IMG/VR virus record: IMGVR_UViG_3300032240_003128
Reading direction: 5' to 3' (one strand)
Length of the DNA: 64,000 bases
Source of the DNA: a virus
Position 1 is the stretch's first letter. Each line of letters begins with the position of its first letter. The position numbers were made by a program, and so were the translations under genes. Below the pieces are notes generated by a model, which saw nothing but the letters and a program-made list of their open reading frames with translations, was not told the origin of the DNA and ran no database searches. Positions 50,421 through 59,207 of this stretch are shown piece by piece.

Positions 50421-51044
50421 TTATTTTAGGTTTTTCAAAGCATTTTCGGTCATTACAATGAATTCCCAGTTTCTTTTTTTGCAATAAACATTTGCTGCTT
50501 TCCATTTAGCAATGTTTTTGTTCCACTTTGTTTGTGATTTTGGTTTTATTTCCCACAATTCTATTTTTCCATCTGTGTATTCTACCAATATGTCGGGAAT
50601 GTAATTGTGTGTTCCTCCATTGAAGGAATATTCTATTTGCAAGCTTTCTGCTTTGTATTTTCTTACTTTAGGGTTTTTCTCTAAATGTTTGATAAATTTT
50701 AATTCTAAACCGCTTCGAAAAAATATATTACAATGATTTTTTTCTGAATAAAAATTGCCTTGCTTGAATTTAGTGCCCTTTTTGCCAGTCCTTTTTACTT
50801 TTTTTTTTACATCACGAATTATAAGTGCTCTTGTTTGAGTTCCCGGAGGAATCACTTCGCCAATATGCTTGGATCGATAATGAGCGATCAAATCTCTTGT
50901 AGGTATGCTGCAAGAGGGGCAAATGACGTAATCATCACCTTCTTTATGTTCTGTGACAATATGTGAACGAAAAACATCTAATTGATCATAACTTTGTTCG
51001 CAAATGAAACAACAATAGTTTCTACCTGTATTTTTTTTGTCCAT
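50421..51044 (-). CDS. TnsA/T4 gp4-like endonuclease with two N-terminal C2H2 zinc fingers
   Basis: CFIC..HIVTEH, CPSC..HYRSKH; FRSGLE, YIPDIL, EIKP, AKWKAA..YC. Confidence 0.8.
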   Translation of the reverse strand: MDKKNTGRNYCCFICEQSYDQLDVFRSHIVTEHKEGDDYVICPSCSIPTRDLIAHYRSKHIGEVIPPGTQTRALIIRDVKKKVKRTGKKGTKFKQGNFYSEKNHCNIFFRSGLELKFIKHLEKNPKVRKYKAESLQIEYSFNGGTHNYIPDILVEYTDGKIELWEIKPKSQTKWNKNIAKWKAANVYCKKRNWEFIVMTENALKNLK

Positions 51045-51062
51045 GTAATAATATATATTTAT

Positions 51063-51428
51063 GTGAAGACTTTTATCCAATATATAACTGAAGAAAGAAA
51101 AAATTCAGACTTCATGACAAGTCTGAAACTTTTTAATATTGACCCTAAAAATGCAGAACGAGCTATTGAAAAATCGCCATCTGTTTTTGCACAGGCTCTT
51201 TATGGCGATGACGAAGTAGGAGCATCTGCCTTTGATGTAAAAAAAATCGGCAAGAATTACATGATGAAAAACAGAAATGTTTTTGGTAATTTGACTTACA
51301 AAGATCACATCCCATCAAAACTACAAATGAAAACAATAGTAACGCCTACCTTCGTTGATTATCTTAAAACACAAGGTTTAGCAGGATCTGAAAAATACAA
51401 TGATTTTCTAAAAGGTAAAAAGGCATGA
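51063..51428 (+). CDS. Hypothetical protein with CTS-like N-terminus (GTG start)
   Basis: MKTFIQYITE|. Confidence 0.7.
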   Translation: MKTFIQYITEERKNSDFMTSLKLFNIDPKNAERAIEKSPSVFAQALYGDDEVGASAFDVKKIGKNYMMKNRNVFGNLTYKDHIPSKLQMKTIVTPTFVDYLKTQGLAGSEKYNDFLKGKKA

Positions 51429-51634
51429 AAGGCTTCAAGAAATGGCTCCAAATTGATGAAGTAGCTACTAGCACAGCAGATGTGGCTCATTTCTCATTGC
51501 CTATCGGTGCTGGTATGATTAGTAGAACATTTCCCCAGTTTTTTAGTGTCGGGCAGCATGGATTAGGTGGACCAGTTCAGCAATTAACTGATACAGATTA
51601 TGTTAAACCAAAAAGGAAAAAGAGGCGATCATGA
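51425..51634 (+). CDS. Small protein with CTS-like N-terminus and basic tail
   Basis: MKGFKKWLQIDE|...KPKRKKRRS. Confidence 0.7.
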   Translation: MKGFKKWLQIDEVATSTADVAHFSLPIGAGMISRTFPQFFSVGQHGLGGPVQQLTDTDYVKPKRKKRRS

Positions 51635-52098
51635 TAACATTTTATGATTTTTTAGCTGAACAAGATGCACCATTACCACCGCTAGGACAACCACAGCAGC
51701 AACAAGGACAGCAGCAAGGTCAACCACAGCAGCAACAAGGTCAGCAGCAAGGTCAGCAACAAGGTCAACCACAGCAGCAGCAAGGACAGCAGCAAGGTCA
51801 ACCGCAGCAAGATAATATTCTTGTCCACAGAGGTATTCAATATGACAAGGCACAAGTAAAAAAATATATATTCCAAGTTTATGATGACTTATATCAAAAA
51901 GAAAATAAGCTTCAATTTTTTGTAATGGATATGTTTGAAAATGATCCAAAACGTAATGAAATTCAACAAAAAGTAGCAGCCGAACACATGAAAATTCATG
52001 ATATTATTGAAGATATTAAAGCGTATTATCAAAGTGTATTACAGCCAAACACACCAAAAGAAACGAGAAAGTGGCGTTTCGGAGATACTAAAAAATAA
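51631..52098 (+). CDS. Gln-rich protein with CTS-like N-terminus
   Basis: MITFYDFLAE|; QQQQGQ(P) repeats at about 51685-51810. Confidence 0.75.
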   Translation: MITFYDFLAEQDAPLPPLGQPQQQQGQQQGQPQQQQGQQQGQQQGQPQQQQGQQQGQPQQDNILVHRGIQYDKAQVKKYIFQVYDDLYQKENKLQFFVMDMFENDPKRNEIQQKVAAEHMKIHDIIEDIKAYYQSVLQPNTPKETRKWRFGDTKK

Positions 52099-52115
52099 AA
52101 CAATTGGAGTTAATA

Positions 52116-52673
52116 ATGAGTACATTCACAGATTTTTTAAAAAATAAAAAAAAATTTGTTGTTCAAGAACAAGGCGTAATAGGAGGTCCATTAGTTGATG
52201 GAGCACTTGAAGGATTAGGCGTTAATGATAAAATGCGAGGTGTTGGTAAAGCTTTAGGACAAGGAGCCAAGGACACTATTGCAGGAGTTGGTAAAGCTTT
52301 AGGACAAGGAGCCAAGGACACTGCTGTAGGAGTTGGAAGAGCAGTGTTTGGTCAAAATCAAGATTTTACTCGTAATAATATGGCACAACTTGGTGTTGGC
52401 GAAGATACAAGAGAAGTTAGAAGGAAGTATTCAGAACTCCAGAATGCTCTTGCTAATTATTACAATGTTATTAAAAGCAGTCCTACTTTGAGAAAATCTA
52501 AACAAGGTCCAGCAATTGCCGAGCGTATTCAAAAAGTGTTGGAAGAAATTGAAGATGATTTAGAAACAACTTATAACATGTATCAACAATCAGAAAAAAG
52601 AATTCGACCACTTAATCCGATTAATGATCCAAATTTAGCAAATCCTCAAAGAGGATTTATTAGACCAGAGTGA
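52116..52673 (+). CDS. Protein with CTS-like N-terminus and Gly/Ala amphipathic repeat
   Basis: MSTFTDFL..VQE|; exact 36-nt repeat at 52242-52277 and 52287-52322. Confidence 0.75.
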   Translation: MSTFTDFLKNKKKFVVQEQGVIGGPLVDGALEGLGVNDKMRGVGKALGQGAKDTIAGVGKALGQGAKDTAVGVGRAVFGQNQDFTRNNMAQLGVGEDTREVRRKYSELQNALANYYNVIKSSPTLRKSKQGPAIAERIQKVLEEIEDDLETTYNMYQQSEKRIRPLNPINDPNLANPQRGFIRPE

Positions 52674-52784
52674 AAATAATATGTTGCTGCATACATACTT
52701 ATGGAGGTTTCGATCTCCTTAATGTTAAAAATATAATAGAAATTCTTAATAAATATAATAGTTAGTCATATGACAGGTTTCTTG

Positions 52785-52814
52785 GCAGGGGTTCCTAAAA
52801 ACCCCTGCTTTTTT
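52785..52814 (+). terminator. Rho-independent terminator
   Basis: GCAGGGGTT-CCTAAA-AACCCCTGC plus T6. Confidence 0.85.
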
Positions 52815-52868
52815 ATTTGTATTCATTCTTTTCTATGTTATAGTAATTAAATCTTAGAGGATGATACA

Positions 52869-53738
52869 GTGGACGCAATTGATTTAGTTTCAGTTAAAGA
52901 AATTCAATGTCTCGATAAAGGTTTTGTAAAATTGATTGACGTAATGCCAAGGATTGTTCCTGATGGGCAAACATGTGATTACGCAATAGCTCAAATGGCA
53001 AGGGTAAGTTATGGGCAAGGTACAAAATCTATTAACGAAGACAAGAGTCTTATTCGTTACCTTCTTCGTCACAGTCATACATCTCCATTTGAAGGAATCG
53101 ATTTCAAGCTACACCTGAAAATGCCTATTTTTATAGCTCGTCAAATTTTCAGACACAGGACTAGTAGCGTCAATGAGATTAGTGGTAGATATTCTGTTAT
53201 GAAAGACGAATTCTACATTCCTGATATTAACGATTTACGCAAACAATCAACAATTAATAAACAAGGTGGCGAGGAAATATTAGATAAAAATGTAGCACAA
53301 GAATTTGTTGATCAGATTGAATCGAATTGTAAAAATGCTTATTCTGCTTATTTACAAATGCTAGATGCAGGCATTGCTAGAGAACAAGCCAGAATGGTTT
53401 TGCCTCTTAATCTTTATACCGAATTTTACTGGAAACAGGACTTACATAATTTATTGCATCTTTTGTCACTTCGAGCAGATGCTCACGCTCAGAAGGAAAT
53501 TAGAGCGTATGCTGACGCTATTCTCAAGCTCCTTACACCTTTGGTTCCTTGGACGATAGAAGCTTGGAATGATTATCATCCAATGCGTGGAGCCATGAAA
53601 TTAACACGATTGGAAGTGAAATCTTTGTCTGAATCTTTAAAAGATAATATTGATAAATCTAAACTATCTGATATTGGTTCAGACAATAAACGTGAGCAAG
53701 CTGAATGGCAACATAAAATTGGTGACTTTTATGCATAA
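52869..53738 (+). CDS. thyX: Flavin-dependent thymidylate synthase
   Basis: ARVSY, HTSPFE, RHRTSSVNEISGRY, HAQKEIR. Confidence 0.96.
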   Translation: MDAIDLVSVKEIQCLDKGFVKLIDVMPRIVPDGQTCDYAIAQMARVSYGQGTKSINEDKSLIRYLLRHSHTSPFEGIDFKLHLKMPIFIARQIFRHRTSSVNEISGRYSVMKDEFYIPDINDLRKQSTINKQGGEEILDKNVAQEFVDQIESNCKNAYSAYLQMLDAGIAREQARMVLPLNLYTEFYWKQDLHNLLHLLSLRADAHAQKEIRAYADAILKLLTPLVPWTIEAWNDYHPMRGAMKLTRLEVKSLSESLKDNIDKSKLSDIGSDNKREQAEWQHKIGDFYA

Positions 53739-53754
53739 CTTCCACTAATTTAAA

Positions 53755-54195
53755 GTGGAGGTGTTTATGAATTGTCATAGTTTTTGGAGATATGTATTTC
53801 TTTGTTTTCACCTACTTACTATTTTCGGCATTATGCTTGTACTAAGTGCAATGTCACCAAGTAGTTCTGGCGCAAGAATTGGTGAAATTGAATTAAAAGA
53901 TCAATTAGCCACAAAGACTTTGTATTCTGATAACGTAAATTGGATTCTTTCAACCAACCCAGAAATTACTATTATTGATAATCAAATAATAAGTGGCTAT
54001 AATGTTGTGTTTTATGAAGTGAAAGATACTAAGAATATCAAGCTTTCTGAACCAAAATTTTCCGCAAAAGAAGATGATAGAAATGATAATGTTTTGGTTA
54101 AGATGAGAGCTTTTTGCAAATCGATGGCGGAAAAAGTAAAAGGAAGAATGATTGTCACTAAGACATCTGTTATTGATTTAAAAATTTCAGAATAA
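53755..54195 (+). CDS. Membrane-anchored hypothetical protein
   Basis: N-terminal hydrophobic helix. Confidence 0.65.
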   Translation: MEVFMNCHSFWRYVFLCFHLLTIFGIMLVLSAMSPSSSGARIGEIELKDQLATKTLYSDNVNWILSTNPEITIIDNQIISGYNVVFYEVKDTKNIKLSEPKFSAKEDDRNDNVLVKMRAFCKSMAEKVKGRMIVTKTSVIDLKISE

Positions 54196-54229
54196 TTACC
54201 TTCGACCGAAGGCTACTGTCTTACCTTGG

Positions 54230-54580
54230 TCAAGTAGGACAGTATGCTTTCGATCTAATTGATGATTTTTTATAATAAGTTGACTTTGCGGGATAGATAG
54301 GCTTATTAACTGTTGGTGTATTGTACAACTTGGGGGAAGATGGACTGGGAACGACTTGCTGAAGAGACTTTTCTTTTTCTGGTGGATTTTCTTTTAGTTC
54401 TTTTTTTTGTTGGTCTGCCTTTAATAACTCTTCTTTACTGTTTGCATCAAGTTCTTTAATCAATTCTCTGATTTTTGCTTTTTCAATTTCCTTTTTGTTT
54501 GGAAATTTTACAACTGGTAATTCTTCACCAAAGCAAATTTTGCTAAATACAAACAGTAAAGGAAGAATTAAATATCTCAC
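54230..54580 (-). CDS. Signal-peptide-bearing hypothetical protein
   Basis: MRYLILPLLFVFSKICFG. Confidence 0.65.
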   Translation of the reverse strand: MRYLILPLLFVFSKICFGEELPVVKFPNKKEIEKAKIRELIKELDANSKEELLKADQQKKELKENPPEKEKSLQQVVPSPSSPKLYNTPTVNKPIYPAKSTYYKKSSIRSKAYCPT

Positions 54581-55053
54581 AATTTGTCCTCGTCAACAGC
54601 TTTTGTAATTGCATCGATAATTGCTTCGATAATAAGAGGACCATATTTCTTGCCAATGTATGGAAGAATCTTTTCAATAAAAACCTTAATAAGATTAGAG
54701 CTCATTAGGTCAATGTTTTCATCTTTGACAAAATTATTGATATCTTCTCTGCTAAGAGCAGCCGCTCCTAGCGTTTCTTGATTTACGATTTCCATTAGAT
54801 TTGCTTGCATTTTGTTCTTAGACATCAAAGAAATAAAGAAGTCTAAAACAAATGGACCAAATAGTCTGAAACTTTCCAGAATGAATGCAAACGAAAATCC
54901 ATTCCTTAATCCTTCTGTGACAGTGCTAAGGACTTCAGGACCATACTTGTTTAAACAATCGGCAATGAACTCTGTAGAAGCGCCCATATTAAGGGCGCTT
55001 TCTTTCATTACCTCAACATCAGCCAACGAATATCTTGTTTCTGGTTCGCTCAT
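54577..55053 (-). CDS. Amphipathic-repeat protein
   Basis: Three (Y/F)GP helix repeats. Confidence 0.7.
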   Translation of the reverse strand: MSEPETRYSLADVEVMKESALNMGASTEFIADCLNKYGPEVLSTVTEGLRNGFSFAFILESFRLFGPFVLDFFISLMSKNKMQANLMEIVNQETLGAAALSREDINNFVKDENIDLMSSNLIKVFIEKILPYIGKKYGPLIIEAIIDAITKAVDEDKL

Positions 55054-55063
55054 TTCAAGCTCC

Positions 55064-55870
55064 TTATACTTTAACAATAGGTACATCGTCTGTCTTATCT
55101 TGATCTAGATGATCTTCTATAACACCTTGGAACGCAAAACAATCAAGCTTGCTTCGGCTTTCAAAATGTTCTTTTCTAACATAGCAATAGCCACCTAATC
55201 CAAAGCTGGAACCCCAACTATTTTGGAGCTTTACCAACCAGCCATATTTGCTGTGTTGCTTTATTCCGCAGGCAAGCATTGAGTGTCCACCACCACCGCC
55301 ATTTGGAAGTGGAGCAATGCCTTCTGAATCGACTTTGGTAAAGTTAGATCCAACAAGGATGCCGATGTTTACAACAAAACCAAGGCTGATTGCTTGGCAA
55401 ACTTCTTCAAATGTGTTACATTGATAAGCATATCCTAGCTTAAATCTAGCAGCATTATCATAAGCAGCTTTGGTTAAACTGCTCTTGTAATAAACACGGT
55501 CATGTGGAAATGCGCTTGTTTCACAGATTCCATACTTTCTAAGCATGTTAAGGCTATCTGAAATATAAGCCCCACCATCTTGTCCACCATTAATCAAAGC
55601 ATAGTGGAAGAATGGATTAAAGTCTTTTTGAACATTTTGACGTTGTTTTTGTAAAATTTCCATACCAGCAGCAGATGCATGAGCTACGCAACTGCTAGTT
55701 GATTTTTGGTTTAAGATTCTATGCCCTTGCCAAGACATATCAATTTCTTTTAGAACAGCAGCATCAAAGCTCCTGAATGAATCTCCAAATTTTGGAGTAT
55801 CGTTTTCTGGGCTTGGGGTATGGGAAAGGATACGGTAATAGCCGTCGAAATATATTGATGGAAAACTCAT
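55064..55870 (-). CDS. Papain-like (C1) cysteine peptidase
   Basis: NQKSTSSCVAHA, GHSM, QNSWG..FG.GGY. Confidence 0.9.
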   Translation of the reverse strand: MSFPSIYFDGYYRILSHTPSPENDTPKFGDSFRSFDAAVLKEIDMSWQGHRILNQKSTSSCVAHASAAGMEILQKQRQNVQKDFNPFFHYALINGGQDGGAYISDSLNMLRKYGICETSAFPHDRVYYKSSLTKAAYDNAARFKLGYAYQCNTFEEVCQAISLGFVVNIGILVGSNFTKVDSEGIAPLPNGGGGGHSMLACGIKQHSKYGWLVKLQNSWGSSFGLGGYCYVRKEHFESRSKLDCFAFQGVIEDHLDQDKTDDVPIVKV

Positions 55871-55871
55871 G

Positions 55872-56627
55872 TTATTCTCCCTTTGTAATTTTGTTTAAGA
55901 CTTTAACAACTTCTGCTTCTGTTTTTGGAATAGAACTGTAATAAAGAACAGTTCCATCAGTCTTTTGTACAACAAACAGGTTATTACTGTTTAACTTCTT
56001 AAGAAGTGTGTCCATCTTCTTTTGCTTAACTACTAAACTGTTAACATCATAAACCTTGTAAAAACTTTTTGTTTTCAGAATAATATCTCTAATGTCTTTG
56101 CTGTTTAAAACAGCTGCAATATCTGGTGTTGACTCGTTATAATCTGTCAAAAATGTAACATGCAAACCTTCTGGAACCTTTTCTATTACTACATCTGGAT
56201 CAACAGGATCGGTTGGGTCTGGTTTAACAGGATCTGGCTTTACACCTTTTACAGTAATGTCTGTTCTTGCAAAATCTGTTAGTTTTCCGTCCACAAGCGC
56301 AATAGCAAAAACATTAACACTTCCAGATTGAGGAACAGAAACTATAAGGCTATTTCCAGCATCATTGGAAACATATTTAACTTTGCTGTTGCCAACAACA
56401 AACCATTTAACTGTACCTTTAGACTTTGCTTGGACTACAAGAAACCCTTCACTGCTATCAACTGTGATTGGTTCAGGTAGCTCAAGTCCTTCTACTTTAT
56501 TTGTAATAGAATATACGGGCGATTGAGGAATTGGTGGTGGTTCAACTGCTACAAGTGAATTAGTTTCAGCAGAAAAACAAGTAAATGCTAAAGCAAATAG
56601 CAACAAAATGCTTGATAGAAGTTTCAT
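55872..56627 (-). CDS. Exported protein with Ig-like domain and PDP linker
   Basis: Signal peptide MKLLSSILLLFALAFTCFSA; KPDPVKPDPTDPVDP. Confidence 0.75.
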   Translation of the reverse strand: MKLLSSILLLFALAFTCFSAETNSLVAVEPPPIPQSPVYSITNKVEGLELPEPITVDSSEGFLVVQAKSKGTVKWFVVGNSKVKYVSNDAGNSLIVSVPQSGSVNVFAIALVDGKLTDFARTDITVKGVKPDPVKPDPTDPVDPDVVIEKVPEGLHVTFLTDYNESTPDIAAVLNSKDIRDIILKTKSFYKVYDVNSLVVKQKKMDTLLKKLNSNNLFVVQKTDGTVLYYSSIPKTEAEVVKVLNKITKGE

Positions 56628-56654
56628 TTTATCTCCGTAGAATCGTGTCTATTT

Positions 56655-57980
56655 TTAGAATAGTTTGTTTTCTGTAATTAATAACCACTCAGAAAAAGTA
56701 ATATTTTTATTTTCTTGAAGTTTTGACAAAAGTTTACCACTTCCTTTACCTTTTTTATCACATAATTCTGGATTATTACTGCAAAATTCGTCTACAGATT
56801 TATTTATTTGCGATAAAGATAAAGCGATAATTTTCCAATTTTCACTACTTGTTCTTAATCTCCTATCAAAAGCCGGATAGTGGTTTTCAATAGGGTTGTA
56901 AATATTTGCCACACGTCTAAAATCTTCAATCGCATCATTTGTAAACGCATCATCTGCAAAATCGCATTGTCTTGACATGAAAGCTTCAATAATTTTGGTT
57001 AACAAAAGATTCCAATTTTCATTTCCTAAATAATTAATATTTTTTCTGTGTTTTTTAAATATTTTTTTCTGACCATTTTCCACTTCTGCATGTCTATAAA
57101 GTCTTTGTATAAGCTTAAATGCGTTAAAAATTGGCTTATTTGGTACATCTTCTCCATTATCTCTAAAGTATTGTTCTATGTTTAATATAAGTTTATTTAA
57201 ATTTTGCATAAATTTAAAATTGGTTATTCCGCCTAGAATTGGAATACTAGGTTCAGGAGGTGTTGAAGGAGGAGTATTGCTTGCAGCGACTTCTTCATCT
57301 GGAGGTGGTTTTGTGACAGAAGAAGGTGAGCCAAATTCTTTATCTGAGGCTGGTGCTGCAATAGATGAAACTACGCCTAGTCCTTGGATTTGATCTGGAG
57401 TCACATTAAATTTTTCTGCATCTAATCCATTTATTCTATTTGGAGCGACATTGAATCTTTCTGCACCTAAAGAGATATTTTTTCTACGTTCTTCAACTTC
57501 TTTAGCATGTTCTTCAGCAGCTTGTTTTTTGGCAGCATTTTCTTTAGCTTCTTCTTCAGCACGTTTTGATTTTTCTTTAGCATCTTTTTCAGCAATACGT
57601 TCTTCTTCGGTTTGTATTAGTTTTTCAAGTTTTATTATGTTTAGATTTATAGTCGGCTCTTTTTTTTGTTTGTCTCCTTTTCCTTTGTAAGATTCACTTA
57701 GTATTATTTTAAAATTATATTTTAAATTTCTGTAGATGCTCTCTGCTCTTGCTTTGTCTATAGGCAATAGTTTTCCTAAAATTTTGCTTTGATACTTTTC
57801 GCCTATCAACTTGTTAGCATATCTTTTAAAAGCTTGGTCAACTTTGAAAACAAAATTTTGTTCTTCTTCTTGCAAATTAACACTGCCAAACATATTCCTT
57901 ATGAATTTGGTAAAGTCTTCATTTATGTTTTCCAGTTTATGTTCTTTTTCTTTTAAGAAATTGCTAAAATTTTTGCTCAT
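56655..57980 (-). CDS. Large protein with CTS-like motifs at both termini
   Basis: MSKNFSNFL..INE| and C-terminal ITFSEWLLITE. Confidence 0.75.
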   Translation of the reverse strand: MSKNFSNFLKEKEHKLENINEDFTKFIRNMFGSVNLQEEEQNFVFKVDQAFKRYANKLIGEKYQSKILGKLLPIDKARAESIYRNLKYNFKIILSESYKGKGDKQKKEPTINLNIIKLEKLIQTEEERIAEKDAKEKSKRAEEEAKENAAKKQAAEEHAKEVEERRKNISLGAERFNVAPNRINGLDAEKFNVTPDQIQGLGVVSSIAAPASDKEFGSPSSVTKPPPDEEVAASNTPPSTPPEPSIPILGGITNFKFMQNLNKLILNIEQYFRDNGEDVPNKPIFNAFKLIQRLYRHAEVENGQKKIFKKHRKNINYLGNENWNLLLTKIIEAFMSRQCDFADDAFTNDAIEDFRRVANIYNPIENHYPAFDRRLRTSSENWKIIALSLSQINKSVDEFCSNNPELCDKKGKGSGKLLSKLQENKNITFSEWLLITENKLF

Positions 57981-57997
57981 TTGTATCCTTAAATAAA

Positions 57998-58402
57998 TCA
58001 AGTTAAATCGACATGTCTAGAAGTTCCTTTCCCCAAAATATCATATGCTTTTTTCATTATTTTAAAGTTGAGAGAATTGTTTAGTAAATTGTGTATATTG
58101 CCTGATAAGAATTTTCTTATATCTTTTTGTTGAGGTGGTGTAGCTCCAGTAGGCTTAACTCTTACTAAATTTTTAACAAAATTGTCAATAGCAATATTTA
58201 AACGCTTTTCCAATGCATCTTCGGCTTCATGCATGTCGGCAGTTCCTGCGCTAGTGCCAAGACCTCTTTTGGCACCAGCAATAAAACCGCCAACTCCTCT
58301 TAGGATGTCTTCAAGGGTTTCGTTATAATTACAATCTTCTATTTTAAATCCTTTTTGTTCTAGAAATTTATTAAATTTTTTTCTTCTAAAATTGAAACTC
58401 AT
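57998..58402 (-). CDS. Small helical protein of the tandem paralog set
   Basis: KFNKFLE; Gly/Ala helix; shared helix motif. Confidence 0.7.
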   Translation of the reverse strand: MSFNFRRKKFNKFLEQKGFKIEDCNYNETLEDILRGVGGFIAGAKRGLGTSAGTADMHEAEDALEKRLNIAIDNFVKNLVRVKPTGATPPQQKDIRKFLSGNIHNLLNNSLNFKIMKKAYDILGKGTSRHVDLT

Positions 58403-58422
58403 GTTACACCTTTCATTTGATG

Positions 58423-58866
58423 TTATGCGATAAAATCAATTAACGCTGTATCTATTTTTTTCTTAAATTCTTCCATGTTTGTTTTTATTATTTTGTTTAA
58501 ATTTGTTGATAAATTAATAGAAAAGTTTTTAAAATGTGTTTCTAATTTATTTTTTAATAACTTTTCGGCTTCTTTAATTTTAGTGGTTAAAATTTCTTCA
58601 ACTTCACTTTCATCATCAGCATCAAGAAGAGATCTACTTAAAGCATCTACAGCAACATCTTTAGCTGCCGAAGCAGCAATACTAGCTCCAGTACCAATAC
58701 TTGGTAAATATTTACCAAGTGATTTAAAGGTATTTCCTGCCTTAAAGGTATTTCCTGCCATTGATGCGACTCTTGGAATTGCTCCTACTAATCCTGCATA
58801 TTCATTGATTTCAGAGTTTGCACTCTGAATTTTTCTATCTTTTATAAAATCGTAAAATGTTTTCAT
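58423..58866 (-). CDS. Small helical protein of the tandem paralog set, CTS-like
   Basis: MKTFYDFI..INE|; 18-nt tandem duplication at 58724-58759. Confidence 0.75.
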   Translation of the reverse strand: MKTFYDFIKDRKIQSANSEINEYAGLVGAIPRVASMAGNTFKAGNTFKSLGKYLPSIGTGASIAASAAKDVAVDALSRSLLDADDESEVEEILTTKIKEAEKLLKNKLETHFKNFSINLSTNLNKIIKTNMEEFKKKIDTALIDFIA

Positions 58867-58878
58867 TTTTTTCCTTCA

Positions 58879-59175
58879 TCATGGGAAATATTCACGCACA
58901 GCATAATCGATCAATTTTCTTATGTTGGCATCAAAAGCATCTTTCATGTCATTTATTTGCATTTTGCTATAGCCAGCTTTGTTTAAGCTTGCTTCAAAAC
59001 TTTTCCATGCAGTGTTTATTTCCGTTATCAGGGTGTCTTTTGCCGCATCTTTGTTATCTGTGCCTGTAGCAGAACTGTAACCAGCCATGCCACCACTAAT
59101 TGCTCCACTGATACTTCTGTAAGGGTTCATAATAAAATCGAACATACCTTCATTCAACTTTTGTTTTTTATTCAT
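58879..59175 (-). CDS. Small helical protein of the tandem paralog set
   Basis: KLNE|GMFDF; Gly/Ala helix. Confidence 0.7.
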   Translation of the reverse strand: MNKKQKLNEGMFDFIMNPYRSISGAISGGMAGYSSATGTDNKDAAKDTLITEINTAWKSFEASLNKAGYSKMQINDMKDAFDANIRKLIDYAVREYFP

Positions 59176-59207
59176 TTCGTACCCCTTTGCTTAACTATAT
59201 TTATTTC

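Noticed and set aside
50421-51044. Tn7-like transposon suggested by the TnsA-like domain
   Set aside because: No TnsB or TnsC genes and no terminal repeats; the domain also occurs in T4 gp4-like proteins.
52242-52322. 36-nt direct repeat resembling a CRISPR repeat
   Set aside because: Only two copies with a 9-nt gap, in frame within a CDS, and no cas genes.
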